A stretch of 64,000 nt of DNA from Octopus vulgaris (lineage: Eukaryota): assembly GCA_951406725.2 (NCBI GenBank), contig OX597818.1:54932001-54996000 (forward strand), given 5' to 3'. The position numbers were made by a program, and so were the translations under genes. A model generated the notes under the pieces. The model saw only the letters and a program-made list of their open reading frames with translations. It had not been told where the DNA came from and searched no databases. Below, piece by piece: positions 39,423-53,129 of the stretch (positions are counted from its first letter, which is position 1; each line of letters starts with the position of its first letter).

Positions 39423-40441
39423 CAGACAGAGACACAGAGAGAGAGAGAGAGAATGGGAAAAGGAGAACATAGAAAGAGATGTTGTTGGCAGTGGTGGTGG
39501 CGGCGGTGCTGCTGGTGCTGGGGAGATACTTTTCCTCTGAAAGAATGTTTGAAAAAACAAAATCTTTCTGTGAAGCCAAAAGGAAAAGTTAGTATTATGT
39601 TTAAAGTGGAGCGAAATATAGATTAACCGGCGTTCAGTACAACTCTTAGTGTTTGACTTCAAAGAAAAGAGAGAAAAAAAATACACATATCTAATTTCAT
39701 TTTAAACAAAATATTACAGAGGGTGCTTTACTTTAAACAAACAGTTGTCCGACTAGGTTTCGCGTTAAACACCGTTTATGGATTACCTTTTATCATAAAT
39801 AAACTGTGCGTATATTAGAGTTGGCTTTGAAGACGTTGCTATGTTATGTTTTTATTTTAAATAAAACTTATTAACGTTTACAGTTTGAAGCCTATTACGT
39901 GCATAGTTTGTTTGAAGTACAACATGAAACCTATTATGAGCAATATTTGCTTTCTGACTGAATCAGTAGGTAAAGCCAGGCTGTGAGTAAGTAAGCTAGC
40001 TTGTACTACACAACAGTGAAGCAGCCACGGTTTCCAGTGGTCCTCTGTCCTAAACCTTATATGCAAATCGGTCTATCCACCACCCACAAGCACGCAAATA
40101 CACAGACACTTAAAAAAAAAAAGAAAAAGAAAACACACACCCGACTTACACCGGCTCAGTTCTGTTTACAAGGGTGGATTAAGATTTCAGATTTAAGGTA
40201 TAAAAATATAATTATCTCATATTATCAGTTCATTTTGTAAACATGTAATGTGTAAAAACTCTTTTAGTGTTGATATACTGGGTGCGGCGAAAACCGTCCC
40301 AGATTTCAGCAGTCTTGATGGGTAAAATATGGAAGGTTTTACTGACATAGCCTGTACATTTATTATAAACAAGCTAAGGTAACCAACTCCACTTTTATAA
40401 ACCATTCATAATTCTATGATCCGAAGCATAGCTAGTGCTTA

Positions 40442-40825
40442 AGTGGAGGCGCAATGGCCCACTGGTTAGGGCAGCGGACTCGCGGTCATAGGATCGCGGT
40501 TTCGATTCCCAGACCGGGCGTTGTGAGTGTTTATTGAGCGAAAACACCTAAAAGCTCCACGAGGCTCCGGCAGGGGATAGTGGTGATCCCTGCTGTACTC
40601 TTTCACTACAACTTTCTCACTCTTACTTCCTGTTTCTGTTGTACCTGTATTTCAAGGGGCCGGCCTTGTCACTCTCTGTGTCACACTGAATATCTCCGAG
40701 AACTACGTTAATGGTACACGTGTCTGTGGAGTGCTCAGCCACTTACACGTTAATTTCACGAGCAGGCTGTTCCGTTGATTCGGATCAACCGGAACCCTCG
40801 TCGTCGTAACCGACGGAGTGCTTCC
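40442..40825 (+). mobile_element. SINE family B, young full copy with a 12-bp TSD
   Basis: TSD AGCTAGTGCTTA at 40430-40441 and 40826-40837. Confidence 0.93.
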
Positions 40826-41032
40826 AGCTAGTGCTTAGTTCCTTCATTGAAAGTTCTGATTTTAAATATTTCCTGAGTTGATTGTACTGGAATGTGATCT
40901 TTGATAGAGGTACCAGTCATACATTGCGGGCACGTTCAATAGACTGAACACTCCACCCGTTAATGTTTCTGATCTAATGTTTATATATATATAAAATAAA
41001 TCGAACTATTTTTCATTATTAAATTAAAGAGG

Positions 41033-42389
41033 AAGGCGGCGAACTGGCGGAATCGTTAGCACGCCGGGCGAAATGCATAGTCGTATTTCGTCTGCCGCTA
41101 CGTTCAGAGTTCAAATTCCGCCAAGGTCGACTTTGCCTTTCATCGTTTCGGAGGTCGATAAATTAAGTACCATTTGCGCACTGGGTCGATGTAGTCGTCT
41201 AGCCCCTCTCCCACAAAAACATTTCAATGACTTATGCCTAGAATAGAAATAATTATTATAAAAATCAGAAAGGCGGCGAGTTAGTGGAGCCGTTAGCACG
41301 CCGGGCGAAATGCTTAACGGTATTTCGTCTGTCGCTACGTTCTGAGTTCAAATTCCGCCGAGGTCGACTTTGCCTTTCATCCATTCGGAGTCAATTAAAT
41401 AAGTACCAGCTATGCACTGGGGTCGATGTATTCGACTTAACCCCCTCCCTCAAGCTACTCATCTGGCAAAAATTTGAAATCATTATTAAAATAAGGAAAT
41501 TCCATCATATTGGTTTCAAATTTTAGCACAAAGCCAGCAATTTTGGTGAAGGGAGTAAGTCGATTACATCGTCCCCAGTGCTCATCTGGTACTTATTTTA
41601 TCGACTTCCGAAAGGATGAAAGGCAAAGACGTCCTTGGTTAAATTCGAACTCAGAACTTAAGGACGACGAAATGATGCTAAGCTTTTCATCCGAGGTGCT
41701 AACGATTCTGCCAGCTCGCCGACTTCATAATAATAATAATAATAACAATAATAATAATAATAATAATAATCCTTTCTACTGGAGGCACAAAGACTCAAAT
41801 TTGTGGGGAGATGACTAGTTGATCACATCGACACCAGTGTTTCAGTAGTACTTGATTTATCGACCCTGAAAAGAGGAATGGAAAAATCGACCACGGCGGA
41901 ACTTGAACTCAGAACGCAAGGATGGACGAACTGCCGCTGAACAATTTTCCCAGCGTACTAACAATTCTGCCAGCTCGCCACCGTTATAATAATCCTTTCT
42001 ACTATAGACACAAGGCCTGAAATTGAGGGAGAGGGGACTAGGCGATAACATTGACCCTAGTGTTTCACTGGTACTTAATTTATGGACCTCGAAAGAATGA
42101 AAGGCAAAGTCAACCTAGGCAGAATTTGAACTCTCAACGTAGTGACGGGCGAAATACCTATTTCTTTACTACCCACAAGGGGCTAAACACAGAGGACAAA
42201 CAAGGACAGACAAACGGATTAAGTCGATTATATCGACCCCAGTACGTAACTGGTACTTAATTTATCGACCCCGAAAGGATGAAAGGCAAAGTCGATCTCT
42301 GCGAAATTTGAACTCAGAACGTAACGGCAGACGAAATACGGCTACGCATTTCGCCCGGCGTGCCAACGTTTCTACCAGCTCGCCGCCTT
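41033..42389. mobile_element. Cluster of SINE C copies (two +, three -, the last a dimer)
   Basis: Repeated GGCGAGCTGGCAGAA heads and GTCGACTTTGCCTTTCATCC bodies. Confidence 0.85.
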
Positions 42390-42600
42390 AAAGTATTGAA
42401 TTAATAATGCTGTAAAGAAGTGTGGCTCATTATTTAGGTAAAGTCGTGTGTTCAGTTCCAGTCCGGGAAATGCATTGTGTTTGAGCAAACCAATTCGTTT
42501 CACGTTGCTCCGGTTTACTCAGCCGTAAATGAGTATCAATCGAGTACCAATACAACTCTGCCTGTTTGACTGTGTCTGTCTCTTCTCTCTCCTTCTCTCC

Positions 42601-42636
<36 letters not shown>

Positions 42637-44039
42637 CTTTCTCATTCTCTCTTTCCCCCTGTCTCCTTCCCCTCAACTGTCACATACTGGGTGTTCCGCT
42701 GGGATAGGGAATAGGAGAGCGAGATAGTGTCAACGCCTGCTTGCGACTGCGTAGATATCAAAAACAATTAGCGGAAGCTGGGTACATGTCACTAACCCAT
42801 TGCGCTCACGAGTGACTGCTTTCTGCATTGTGCTGTACTTATCTTAATAATGTGCTGCTATTAAAAATGATGTAATTTGTGCCAGATGGTGTTAGTCAAT
42901 GACACATAATCTTACTTGGTGCTATCAAGTAAGACATACACTGATGGTGTTTATTAATTAAGCCATAAACTGTGCCAGTTAAGGCTTCTAAATAAGATAT
43001 TACTTTAATGGTGGAATTGAATTATGCCCTGTCTTGCTTTAGGGACCTACAATTTCAGATATAATCATAGGAGTAGTTTCGTTATACATAGGCATCTAAC
43101 CATGGGGAACCCATCCCTCTGTCGTTGACCACGGGAAATTTTTTTTTTATAAAGCAAGTAATAAATAAATAGAGAAAGAAGAATTTGTCCGATTCCTGGC
43201 CTGGTACTTTATTATTAACCCCAAAAAGGGTGAGCGGCAAAGAATCTTGACGGGATTTATTAGCTGGTACCTATTATGTTGGACTATGTCTGGAAAATAC
43301 GCCTTGAGAAATTTCATCGTAGAGGGAAAATCGCCGTAAGGAAAGTTCTCCGCATGGACAATGATAAAGTGTATTTTATCAGCATTTAAAAGGAAAAAAT
43401 TAAAGGTTATATAAAAACGTTAAATAGGCAAGTCTTTATTCAACGACAAATATTGTCTCAGCAACATACTGCAGACACATAAATAAGACCAAATGTGTAA
43501 GTGAAGAACAAATCTTCAGAGAGCTGGAATAAAGCAAAACTAGTTATTTTATGGTTGGAGTGGTTAGAATTACATCCGGTTTGGTTTGGTTTGATGTGGT
43601 TTGATTTGGTGAGAGAAAGATGGATGACAGAAAGTTAAAGGGATCTACAGTGTGTATTCAAAAGGAAGTGGACTTTCCTCTAATAACATGAAAAATGTGA
43701 AAAGGTGCTGAAATCGTGATGATCTCCAGTCCGGTGCTGATGTAAGGAGTGTCTGTCCTTGTTTGTCCTCTCTGTGTTTAGCTCCTTGTGGGTAGTAAAG
43801 AAATAAGTATTTTGTCTGTCTGCACGTTCTGAGTTCAAATTCTGCTGAAGTCGACTTTGCCTTTCATCGTTTTGGAGTCGATAAATTAAGTACCAGTTGC
43901 GTACAGGGGTCATTCTAATCGACTACTACTACTACTCCTGCTGCTGCTGTTGGTGCTGCTGCTGCTATAAGAGAGATTCTTTCTGGTTTTTGCTAGTGTC
44001 TGGTGGGAAGTAAAATTGTTGATATAATAAAAAAAACTG

Positions 44040-44348
44040 GCTCTCCGTCGTTTACGGCGACGTGGGTTCCAGTTGATCTGATTAACGAAACAGCCTGCTC
44101 ATGAAATTAATGTGCAAGTGGCTTAGCAATTCACAGATACGTGTCCCCTCAACATAGTTCTCAGGGAGATTCAACGTGACACAGTGTGTGACAAGGCTGG
44201 CTCTTTGAAATACAGGTACAACTCATTTTTGCCAGCTGAATGGACTTTAACCACGAAAAATAAAGGGTCCTGCTTAAGGAGACAATGCGTCGCCGGAATC
44301 GAACTCTCGAGCGATCGCGAGCCGAATACCCAAACCACTAAGTCACGT
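44040..44348 (-). mobile_element. SINE with a D-type (CORE-like) head and a B-type tail
   Basis: 44040-44220 matches the B tail; 44221-44348 matches the D core and head. Confidence 0.7.
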
Positions 44349-44544
44349 GTGTTTTTTTGGGTTTTTTTAACCGTTTATACTAAAGAAGAAATGGCATAAG
44401 TTATGGCCTGTTTTGGAGTTTGAAAACGTACTTGACGGAGACTTTAGCAGTGACTTCATTGGATTTCATACACCAAAAGAATCAAGTTGTTGATGGGTTA
44501 CATAATACGCAAAAAAATCTGACATAAATGTGGTCCTAAGAATT

Positions 44545-44941
44545 TTTTCTACTCTAAGCAAAAGGCCTGAAATTTGTGGGGAGAGGACCAGTCGATTAGA
44601 TTGATCCCAGTATGCAACCGGTACTTAATTCATCGACCCCGAAGCGATGAAAGGCAAAGTCCGACTTCGGTGGAATTTGAACTCAGAACATGCAGACAGA
44701 CGAAATACCTATTTCTTTACTGCCCACAAGGGGTTACACACATAGGGGACAAACAAGGACAGACAAACAGATTAAGTTGATTATATCGACCCCAGTGCGT
44801 AACTGGTACTTATTTAATCGATTCCGAAAGGATGAAAGGCAAAGTCGACTTCGGTGGAATTTGAACTCAGAACGTAACGGCAGACTAAATACTGCTGAGC
44901 ATTTCGCCCGGCGTGCTAACGATTCTGCCAGCTCGCCGCCT
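44545..44941 (-). mobile_element. SINE C tandem dimer
   Basis: Same junction GAAATACC|TATTTC at about 44710. Confidence 0.88.
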
Positions 44942-45068
44942 TAAAGTGGTCCCATGAATATAAAAGTCCAGTTAATGTATAAATCTGGTAAAGTTAGCCA
45001 AATAACTATGATGAGATACCTGCTATGCGTCACTACAGGGTGGGTGGAAAGTAACTAGACATTAGAAA

Positions 45069-45578
45069 TCTATATTTATAAAACTGTAGTTGTGTGAGTG
45101 TCTGTCTCCTACGATTTAGATTCCTAACTCCTCCCACATTTTGCGGTGCAGTTTAACCAAATTCGGGTATCTTATAGTTGTGATTCATATCGAGCCCGTC
45201 TGAGTATTAGCGCGCGTCTACGATGAGTCTACGATTTTAAAAATAATTTAACATCATTTTTTATTCCATTTTCATGCTCAATTTTTCGTGTGTCGATGGT
45301 GGCGGAGTTGGCGTCCACGCTCACAGCTGCACCTGTTTACTTCTCCCCTTTCCCTCCCTCGTGAAGCTGTGGGGAAGGGAGTGTAAAGAAATCAACGTCG
45401 TAATGCGTTGTCAAGGAGACCAGCGTTCTTTTAGAACAACGACTTCATGGCTTGAAGACACCAAAACAGAAATGGCTAAGAAAGCCCGAATTGGCATCTA
45501 TAAAGGAAGTAACTCTCTAAAAATGCTTATATAGTTATTTCCCTTACAAACCCGAGCAACGCCGGGCGATACTGCTAG
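45069..45578 (+). mobile_element. Non-autonomous Helitron
   Basis: 5' TC, 3' hairpin CCCGAGCAACGCCGGG followed by CTAG, inserted between A and T with no TSD. Second copy at 52733-53129. Confidence 0.9.
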
Positions 45579-45694
45579 TTGCTTATAAAATTTTTAGTAT
45601 CACTGAAGTCATGACGAAAGCATTTTTTAAACAGACAACACTAATGGGGATTTAAAAAAAAAATTTTCTTATTGTCTTATTTCTTATTTTCCAG

Positions 45695-46573
45695 GTGGCC
45701 GGTCGCTTGCCTGTTCAGGAGCGAGCTAAGATAGCAGTGTACTATGAAGTGTGGGATTCCATTGTTTTGGATCCGAGATGGTGGCCTGCATGGACAGGTA
45801 AGCATACAACACTAAATCCAGAGACAATAAAAAGTTGTCATGCAAAGCTGTTGTCCACGGGTTCTGAGAACGATGCAAGAAGAAATGGCTGCCCAACCAC
45901 ATCCCGATCAGCGGAGAACGTGGCAACAGCACAGGAAATGTTTAATCGCAGCCCGCAAAAATCAACACGATAAGCATCTCGTGAAAGTGGACTAACAAGA
46001 CACACAATATGTATGGTGTTGCATAAAGAATTGAATTTTCGTCCGTGGAAACCCCATTATGTGCAGGAGCCAAAACCTGAAGACTGTGACCGCAGAAGGG
46101 AATATGGAGAGTTAATTGTATGAAGATTGGCCTGAATTATTTGTAAATATTCTCTGGAGTGACGAGCCTGGGATATTCTAATACCTATTTCTTTATTACC
46201 CACAAGGGGCTAAACATAGAGGGGACAAACAAGGACAGACATAGGTATTAAGTCGATTACATCGACCCCAGTACGTAACTGGTACTTAATTTATCGACCC
46301 CGAAAGGATGAAAGGCAAAGTCGACCTCGGTGGAATTTGAACTCAAAGCGTAGCGGCTGACGAAATACCACTAAGCATTTCACCCGTCGTGCTAACGTTT
46401 CTACCAGCTCACCGCTGGTTCTAATACCGATCGCACACTGGAGGACTTGGAGACACGGATTCAGAAGATTCTCAATCATATATCACAGACGACGTCCTTC
46501 ATAAGGTTGTTCATTCCATCCCCGGCCGTTTGAGGAAACTCGTTGACGCGACCGCTGCTTACGTTGAAATATG
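45695..46573 (+). pseudogene. Tc1/mariner-superfamily transposase relic (HTH N-terminus, catalytic core mostly deleted)
   Basis: KLLSTGSENDARRNGCPTTSRSAENV...SPQKSTR*ASRESGL...LHKELNFRPWKPHYVQ...ILWSDE, then RTLEDLETRI...HSIPGRLRKLVDATAAYVEI*. Confidence 0.8.
46186..46418 (-). mobile_element. SINE C monomer with a 10-bp TSD
   Basis: TTCTAATACC at 46176-46185 and 46419-46428. Confidence 0.9.
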
Positions 46574-47004
46574 AAGATTTACATTAATTTTTCCTTGTAA
46601 TAAAGAACATGTATCATTTATTTCAATAAATTTGTAAACGGAATATAGATTATATAACCAAATTGTGGTGAAAGAGTACAGCAGGGTTCGCTACCATCCC
46701 CTGCCGGAACCTCGTGAAGTTTTCGCTCAATAAACACTCACAACATTCGGTCCGGGAATCGAAACCGCAATCCTATGACCGCGAGCCCGCTGCCCTAACC
46801 ACTGGGCCATTGCGCCTCCACCATCGTATCATAGTGGGGATTTGATCAAAGACTTCTTGGTTAATTAAATATTAGGAGATAATTTTTTCAAATATAGATA
46901 AGGTGGAAATATGCAACAATAAATATTTTCCGTGTTGCAGTTTGAAAATTTCAAATTTCTTTCACATTTTATTCTATATTTTGAATTACATATATATGGG
47001 GTCG

Positions 47005-47321
47005 TGGAGGTGCAATGGCCAAGTGGTTGGAGCAGCTGACTCGCGGTCGGAGGATCGCGGTTTCGATTACCAGACCGGGCGCTGTGTGTGTTTATTGAGC
47101 GAAAACACCTAAAGCTCCACGAGGGTCCGGTAGGGGGGCGTAGCGACCCCTGTTGTACACTTTAGCCCCAACTTTCTCTCACTCTTTCTTCCTGTTTCTT
47201 GAGTAACGCTGCAATGGACTGGCGTCCCGTCCAGCTGCAGGGAACACATACGCCATAGAAACCGGGAAACCGGGCCCACGAGCCTAGCTAGGCTTGAAAA
47301 GGGCGCAAAATAATTAAAAAA
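47005..47321 (+). mobile_element. SINE family B with the alternative tail and a TSD
   Basis: TSD ATATATGGGGTC at about 46992 and 47322. Confidence 0.88.
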
Positions 47322-48355
47322 ATATATGGGGTCACCAAAATATTTTAAGCGGTTGGGTCCTCTGTGAGTCTTAATCCTGCCGGCCCTGTAGTCAAGAATA
47401 ATGTATCTTGACGCAACAAACTAATAACTCCAGTTCCTTCAACTTGGATGTTTCTTTGGCAGCATTTGACTTTTGTAATATAGCTGTCAGCCAATAACCC
47501 TGGCAGCCCCTCTCTTCCAGGCATATCTGATTATACAATAAAACATTGGGAGTGTTAGCACTGTAGAACATTCCGTATCTGTACAAAGCATGTGCTTATA
47601 GTTGCTTCTTTAAAGTTTTTATCAATCCACAATGCTTCAGAGGTGCAGGAAATTCTTAGTTAATAGGTCAGGGGTGTAATACGCCATGTTATTTATAACA
47701 TTCTTCGCAACTAAACCTTCAAGACACACCTTTGTCTATTCAGTAGATACCTATTATGAAGGCGGAAACTCTAACCCTTCCTCACAACTCGAATAAATAT
47801 GAAAACTATAATAAATATGAAAACCGCAAAACGTTTAAATCTAAATCTAACACCCTTTATACCTAATCGTCCTAAGGACCTTCTCTCAAAACATTTCCAT
47901 GAAGAGCCTTATTGTTAGATAATTTACCTTTGCAGAGGAGAGTACAGTGTCCCGGGATGAAGAAGGAAAAGGTAAATATATCCCGTTCATGATTATGTCT
48001 CAAGGGTGGGTCCAAGAGGGTCGGTTCGCCATAGGTTAGCAGATTAATGCATGGCGTTAGTTTTAGTTCTAAATATTTACGCTTTCATAGTTATTATGAT
48101 TGAAAGGTGGTGGCGGTGGTCGTGGTGGTCGTGGTGGAGAGCGTGTGTTTCTTTCTCCGTGATATCTTTTCTACTGAATAAACAAATGTGAGATGTGAAG
48201 ACTCGATAACGAAAAATTACTAATAATATGGCGGCAGTCTTCTAGGAATTTTAAGGTAAATTATTAGTTCTTGACCTTGCTAGTTCTGCAAAAGAAATAA
48301 CCAGGCATGGGTCTTGAATGAAGACTGTTGCAATAATGTTGGTGAACCAGTCAAA

Positions 48356-48436
<81 letters not shown>

Positions 48437-48492
48437 AATCAGTCTGTATATCTACCTGTACATATATATGGCTCTTTGTGTATGTGTGAATG

Positions 48493-48549
<57 letters not shown>

Positions 48550-48731
48550 GTGTACATATATACTTATAGATACATATACATATATATATATATTTATACA
48601 CACATGTACACACACGTACACCTGCGTATCGGTTTACGTATGCGTTAGATGAAAATGGATAAATATGTGGTGTAGCTGGATACGTTTGTATGTGTATGGT
48701 ATATGTATATATGTACATATATACAAATATC

Positions 48732-48836
<105 letters not shown>

Positions 48837-49087
48837 ATAGATATATGTACGCACACAATGATTGTCTTAACACACTCACACTTATGTATTTATATATACG
48901 TTTGTATGCATGTGTATACATATATATATATATACGTATGTGTATATGTAAAGGTGTAGAAAGTGTGGGATGTGGTGAGGGTGTATAATGTGACTGTAAA
49001 TAGCAACACACGGTGTGTGTAATGTAAAATACGAATTGAGTATTCCGTGTATTTCCGCTCACCTCTTTAGGTATGTATAATAAAGGG

Positions 49088-49469
49088 AATGGTGGTGATG
49101 GTGCTGGTGGTGATGGTGGTGTTGTTATTGGTGATGGTGGTGATGGTGGTGTTGGTTATGTTGGTGGTGGCATGCTGTTGGTAATGGTGTTGTTGATGGT
49201 GGAGGTGATAGTGCTGTTGTTGTTGTTGTTGGTGGTGGTGTTGCTGCTGATGGTGGTGGTGGGGGTAATGTTGTTATTGGTGGTGGTGGTGGTGGTGGTG
49301 GTAGTGGTGGTGATGGTGTTGTTATTGTTGTTGTTACTGGTGATGGTGGTGATGGTATTGGCCGTATATGTGTTCGTGTAGTATTTTGTGATGGTGACGG
49401 CGATGGAGTTATTGCCGGTGGTGATGGTGGTGTTAGTTGTAGTAGCCGGTGGTGATGGTGGTGTTAGTG

Positions 49470-49507
<38 letters not shown>

Positions 49508-50156
49508 GGTGGTGGTTATGATGGTATTTGTAGGTCGGTGATGGTGTCGGTGTTGGTAGTTGGTTGTTTTTGATGTTTTCTTGGTGTTGTTACTGCTGGG
49601 GATGGTGATGGTGGTAGTAGTAGTGATGGTGAGGGGATGGTGATGGTGGTAGTGGTGGTGGTAATGGTGGTAATGGTGTTGTTACTGCTGGGGATGGTGA
49701 TGGTGGTAGTGGTAGTGATGGTGAGGTGATGGTGGTGGTGGTGGTGGTGGTGGTGGTAATGGTGGTGGTGGTGGTGGTGGTGGTGGTCGTCGTCGTCGTC
49801 GTCGTAGTCGTGATTGCGATTGTAGTAGTAGTGATGGTGGTAGCGGTGGTAGTGATCGTGGTGCTGCTAATTGTAATGTATGATGACAGTGGTGGAGGTA
49901 ATGGTGTTGGTGGTAGTAGTGTTGGAAGTGGAGGTGGTAGTTCTGATTCTATGATAGCAGTGCCGATGGTGGTGGTGGTGCTAGTAGGGGCACCACTATA
50001 ACAATACTGGTAGTTATGCCGTGTTCGTGGAAGGGGGGGTAGCTGGTAAGAGAGAGGAGGGAGACAGAGAGGTGGTGGTGGCGGTGGTGGTGGTGGCGGT
50101 TGTGGCGGTGGTGGTGGTGGTGGTGGTGGTTGTGGTGGTGGTGGTGGTGATGGCAG

Positions 50157-50188
<32 letters not shown>

Positions 50189-51011
50189 GGTGGTGGTGGC
50201 CGTTGTAGTAGTGGAGATAGTTGAAGTGATAGTGATGAAACGGGTTGTGAGAGAGAGAGAAAGAAAGGGACAGAGAGATAGAGGTGAGAGGGAGGGTGAA
50301 AGTGAAGGAGAGAGGGGAAGAGAGGGAGTGAGAAGGAGAAGGAGAGAGGGGAGGGGAGGGGAGAGGAAAGGTGTGGTGTGAGGGGGAGAGGGGTGAAGAG
50401 ATGGGGAGAGGTGAAGAGATGAGGAGAGGTGAAGAGAGGGGGAGAGGTGAAGAGAGGGAGATAGGTGAAGAGATGAGGATAAGTGAAGAGAGGGGGAGAG
50501 GTGAAGAGAGAGGGAGAGATGAAGAGATGCGGAGAGGTGAAGAGAGGGGGAGAGGTGGAGAGAGGGGTAGAGAAGGTAGAGAGAGGGGAGAAGAGAGAAG
50601 GAGAGAGGGAGAATGATATGAAACTGACTGTGGGGAGTGAGAAGTGAGAGAGAGAGAGGGGGAGGAGAGAAAGAAAAAGAAGAGAATGAGTGAGGCAGAA
50701 GAAGTGGAAGAGAAAGAAACAAAGTAAAGGGATAGCGGTTTAAGGTATGATACAAAGACAAAAATGGGCGTGAAGAGAGAGAGAGGGAGAGAGAGTGATT
50801 GAGGTGAATTGAGAAGGAGAGAGAAGGAAGGGATATAGATAGACAGAGAGGATTGCGTAGTGATATCAAATGGCGTGTAAGAGCAAAGAGAGAAAATGAC
50901 AGAGACAGAGAGAGTCCGAGTGTGAGATAGATTAAGAGACAGAGAGAGAGGGGGAGATGGGGAGATGGGGAGAAGGGGAGAGGGGAGAGGGAGAGAAAAT
51001 GAGAGGGGGAC

Positions 51012-51061
<50 letters not shown>

Positions 51062-51192
51062 GAAGAGATTGCAGAGAGACAAGATGGCAAAGCAGAGATA
51101 AAATAAGTTTCAGAACGAACAAGAAGGATGCGAAAGAAAATCTGCAACAGAGAAGAGAAAAATGGAAATGCGAAAGAGACAACATAAAACAA

Positions 51193-51233
<41 letters not shown>

Positions 51234-51326
51234 CCTCTGTCTGTCTGTCTCTCTCTCTCTCCCTCTCTTTCTCTCTCTCTCTCTGCCTGTCTCTGTCTCT
51301 CTCTGTCTCTCTCTCTCTCTCTCTCA
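49088..51326. repeat. (GGT)n block, GA-rich block containing an 18-bp minisatellite (GAGAGGTGAAGAGANNNN, about 10 copies, 50388-50567), then (CT)n
   Basis: Read directly; source of the 531-aa and 377-aa low-complexity ORFs. Confidence 0.93.
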
Positions 51327-51769
51327 CTCTCTTGTAATCCGTTACTTGTTTCAGCGGTTCTCAACCGACTCCCATGAAACCCGTTGCTTCTTACTTTACT
51401 CAAGTAGACCCTTATAGCCATTCGATGGCTAAAACGCCCTGTTATATTTTTAGAATTAAATATCCTTTTCTACTCTAGGCATAAGGCCCGAAATTTTGAG
51501 GGAAGGGGCCCAGTGAATTAGATCTAGCCTAGTGCGCAACTGGTGCTTAATCTGTCGACCCCGAAAAGATGGAAGGCAAAGTCGACCTCGGCGGAATTTA
51601 AACTCAGAACGTAAAGACGGACGAAAAGCTGCTAAGCATTAGCAGGACCTAGTACAGGACCTAGTACAGAGAAATGGTCTAATAACAACTAAATGACCAA
51701 CATTTCCATAAAAAGTAAAGAAAAAGAAAGCAATGCAGATAAACAAACTGAAAAAAAATTAGTAAATTG

Positions 51770-52732
51770 ATGGATAAATGAAAAACGAGTTGGATTACTT
51801 GACTAATTTTGAGGTAAAAGCAACCAGCTTTTATTTTTCCTGCCAAAACTTTATAACTATAAAGAAATTCATAATAGCTTAAAGACCTCTATACACCATG
51901 TGTAAAATGTCCTAAATCCTCAGATTTTAAATTTCGTCCAATAGTCTCAGGGCCAACATTAAACACCCAAGGATTATGCAATTTACCTGACATAATATTG
52001 AAACCATTGAGCAAATTTGTCACAAGTTTCATCAAAGATGACATGCACTTCATAAAGCATGTTCCGGTAAGAGTAGATAAAACGGTGATCCTGGTTAGTT
52101 TCAAAGTAACCAGCCTCTACCCAAATATTCCTTATGGATTAGAATTTGAAGCAGTAGAATTCTGGATAGGCAAATAACCACATAGAACTCCGGAGAGATT
52201 CCCAAAAGAATTTACTCTAGAAGGGTTACGAATGGTACCAGAAAAGAACTACCTCTTTGATAACCAATATTACCTACAAATATAAGGGGTGACAATGAAG
52301 AGACGGCAATGAGAACAAAATTCGCACCAATGTTTGTGATACTGAAAATGAGATTCCTGAAAGAGAAATATTTCCAAACCTACGTTATAGGAAACTTGAA
52401 AAGATTCCTGGATGATTGCTTCATATTTCAGGACAAACGAAATGAGGACCTTACAAGATTCCTTAAATTAATAAATAGCATTCGTGAATCGATCCAGTTC
52501 ATTATGGAAATGAATGAAAACGAATTTCCTTTTGTGGACATCCTAATAATTTTTTAAAAATGAAAGTTACATCCGATCTCTACTGCAGCGACACAGATAG
52601 ATACCAATATTTAGATTTTGGACCTCGTCACCCATCACACACTAAAAAGAACATTGCATTTAATATAGCAAGGTGTATATGTTCCATAGTTACGGACACA
52701 AATAAATGAGAGGATCGACATGTATAACTAAA
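51770..52732 (+). pseudogene. Penelope-like element reverse transcriptase pseudogene
   Basis: Across frames: LPKL, FRPIVSGP, LKPL..FIKD..HF, LVSFKVTSLYPNIP, FDNQYYLQI*G, TAMRTKFAP, RFLDDCF, IQFIME..EFPFVD, QYLDFGPRHPSHTKKNI. This is the PLE RT and thumb motif order, with stops and frameshifts. Confidence 0.88.
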
Positions 52733-53129
52733 CTAGCAGTATCGCCCGGCGTTGCTCGGGTTTGTAAGGGAAATAACTATATAAGCATTTTTAGAGAGTT
52801 ATAGCCAAAAAATAGCAAAAAAATGCACTAAAAATGGAAAAAAAATTATGGTAAATTTTTTTTAAATCGTAGACTCATCGTAGACATTTTTAGAGTTACT
52901 TCCCTTATATAATAGCGAAAAAATGCATTAAAATGGAATAAAAAATGATGGTAAATTATTTTTAAAATCGTAGACTCATCGTAGACGTGCGCTAATACCC
53001 AGAAGAGCTCGATATGAATCACGACTATAAGATACCCGGTTTTGGTTACACTGCACCGCAAAATGTGGGAGTAGTTAGGAATCTAAATCGTAGGAGACAG
53101 ACACACAACTTGACTTTTATATATAAAGA
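52733..53129 (-). mobile_element. Non-autonomous Helitron (same family as 45069-45578) at the 3' end of the PLE RT relic
   Basis: CTAGCAGTATCGCCCGGCGTTGCTCGGG ... TATATAAAGA, flanked by A and T. Confidence 0.9.

Larger units (their letters stand above)
45036..46640 (+). mobile_element. Decayed Tc1/mariner-superfamily element (TA-CAGGGTG end) hosting a Helitron and a SINE C
   Basis: Terminal TACAGGGTG at 45034; transposase relic downstream; right TIR not found. Confidence 0.65.

Noticed and set aside
47392-47700. Possible host exon or LINE fragment on the minus strand
   Set aside because: Only a faint resemblance to non-LTR RT C-terminal motifs; too degraded to call.
49590-51185. 531-aa and 377-aa ORFs
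   Set aside because: Translations of (ACC)n, (CT)n and an 18-bp minisatellite; no domain-like content.
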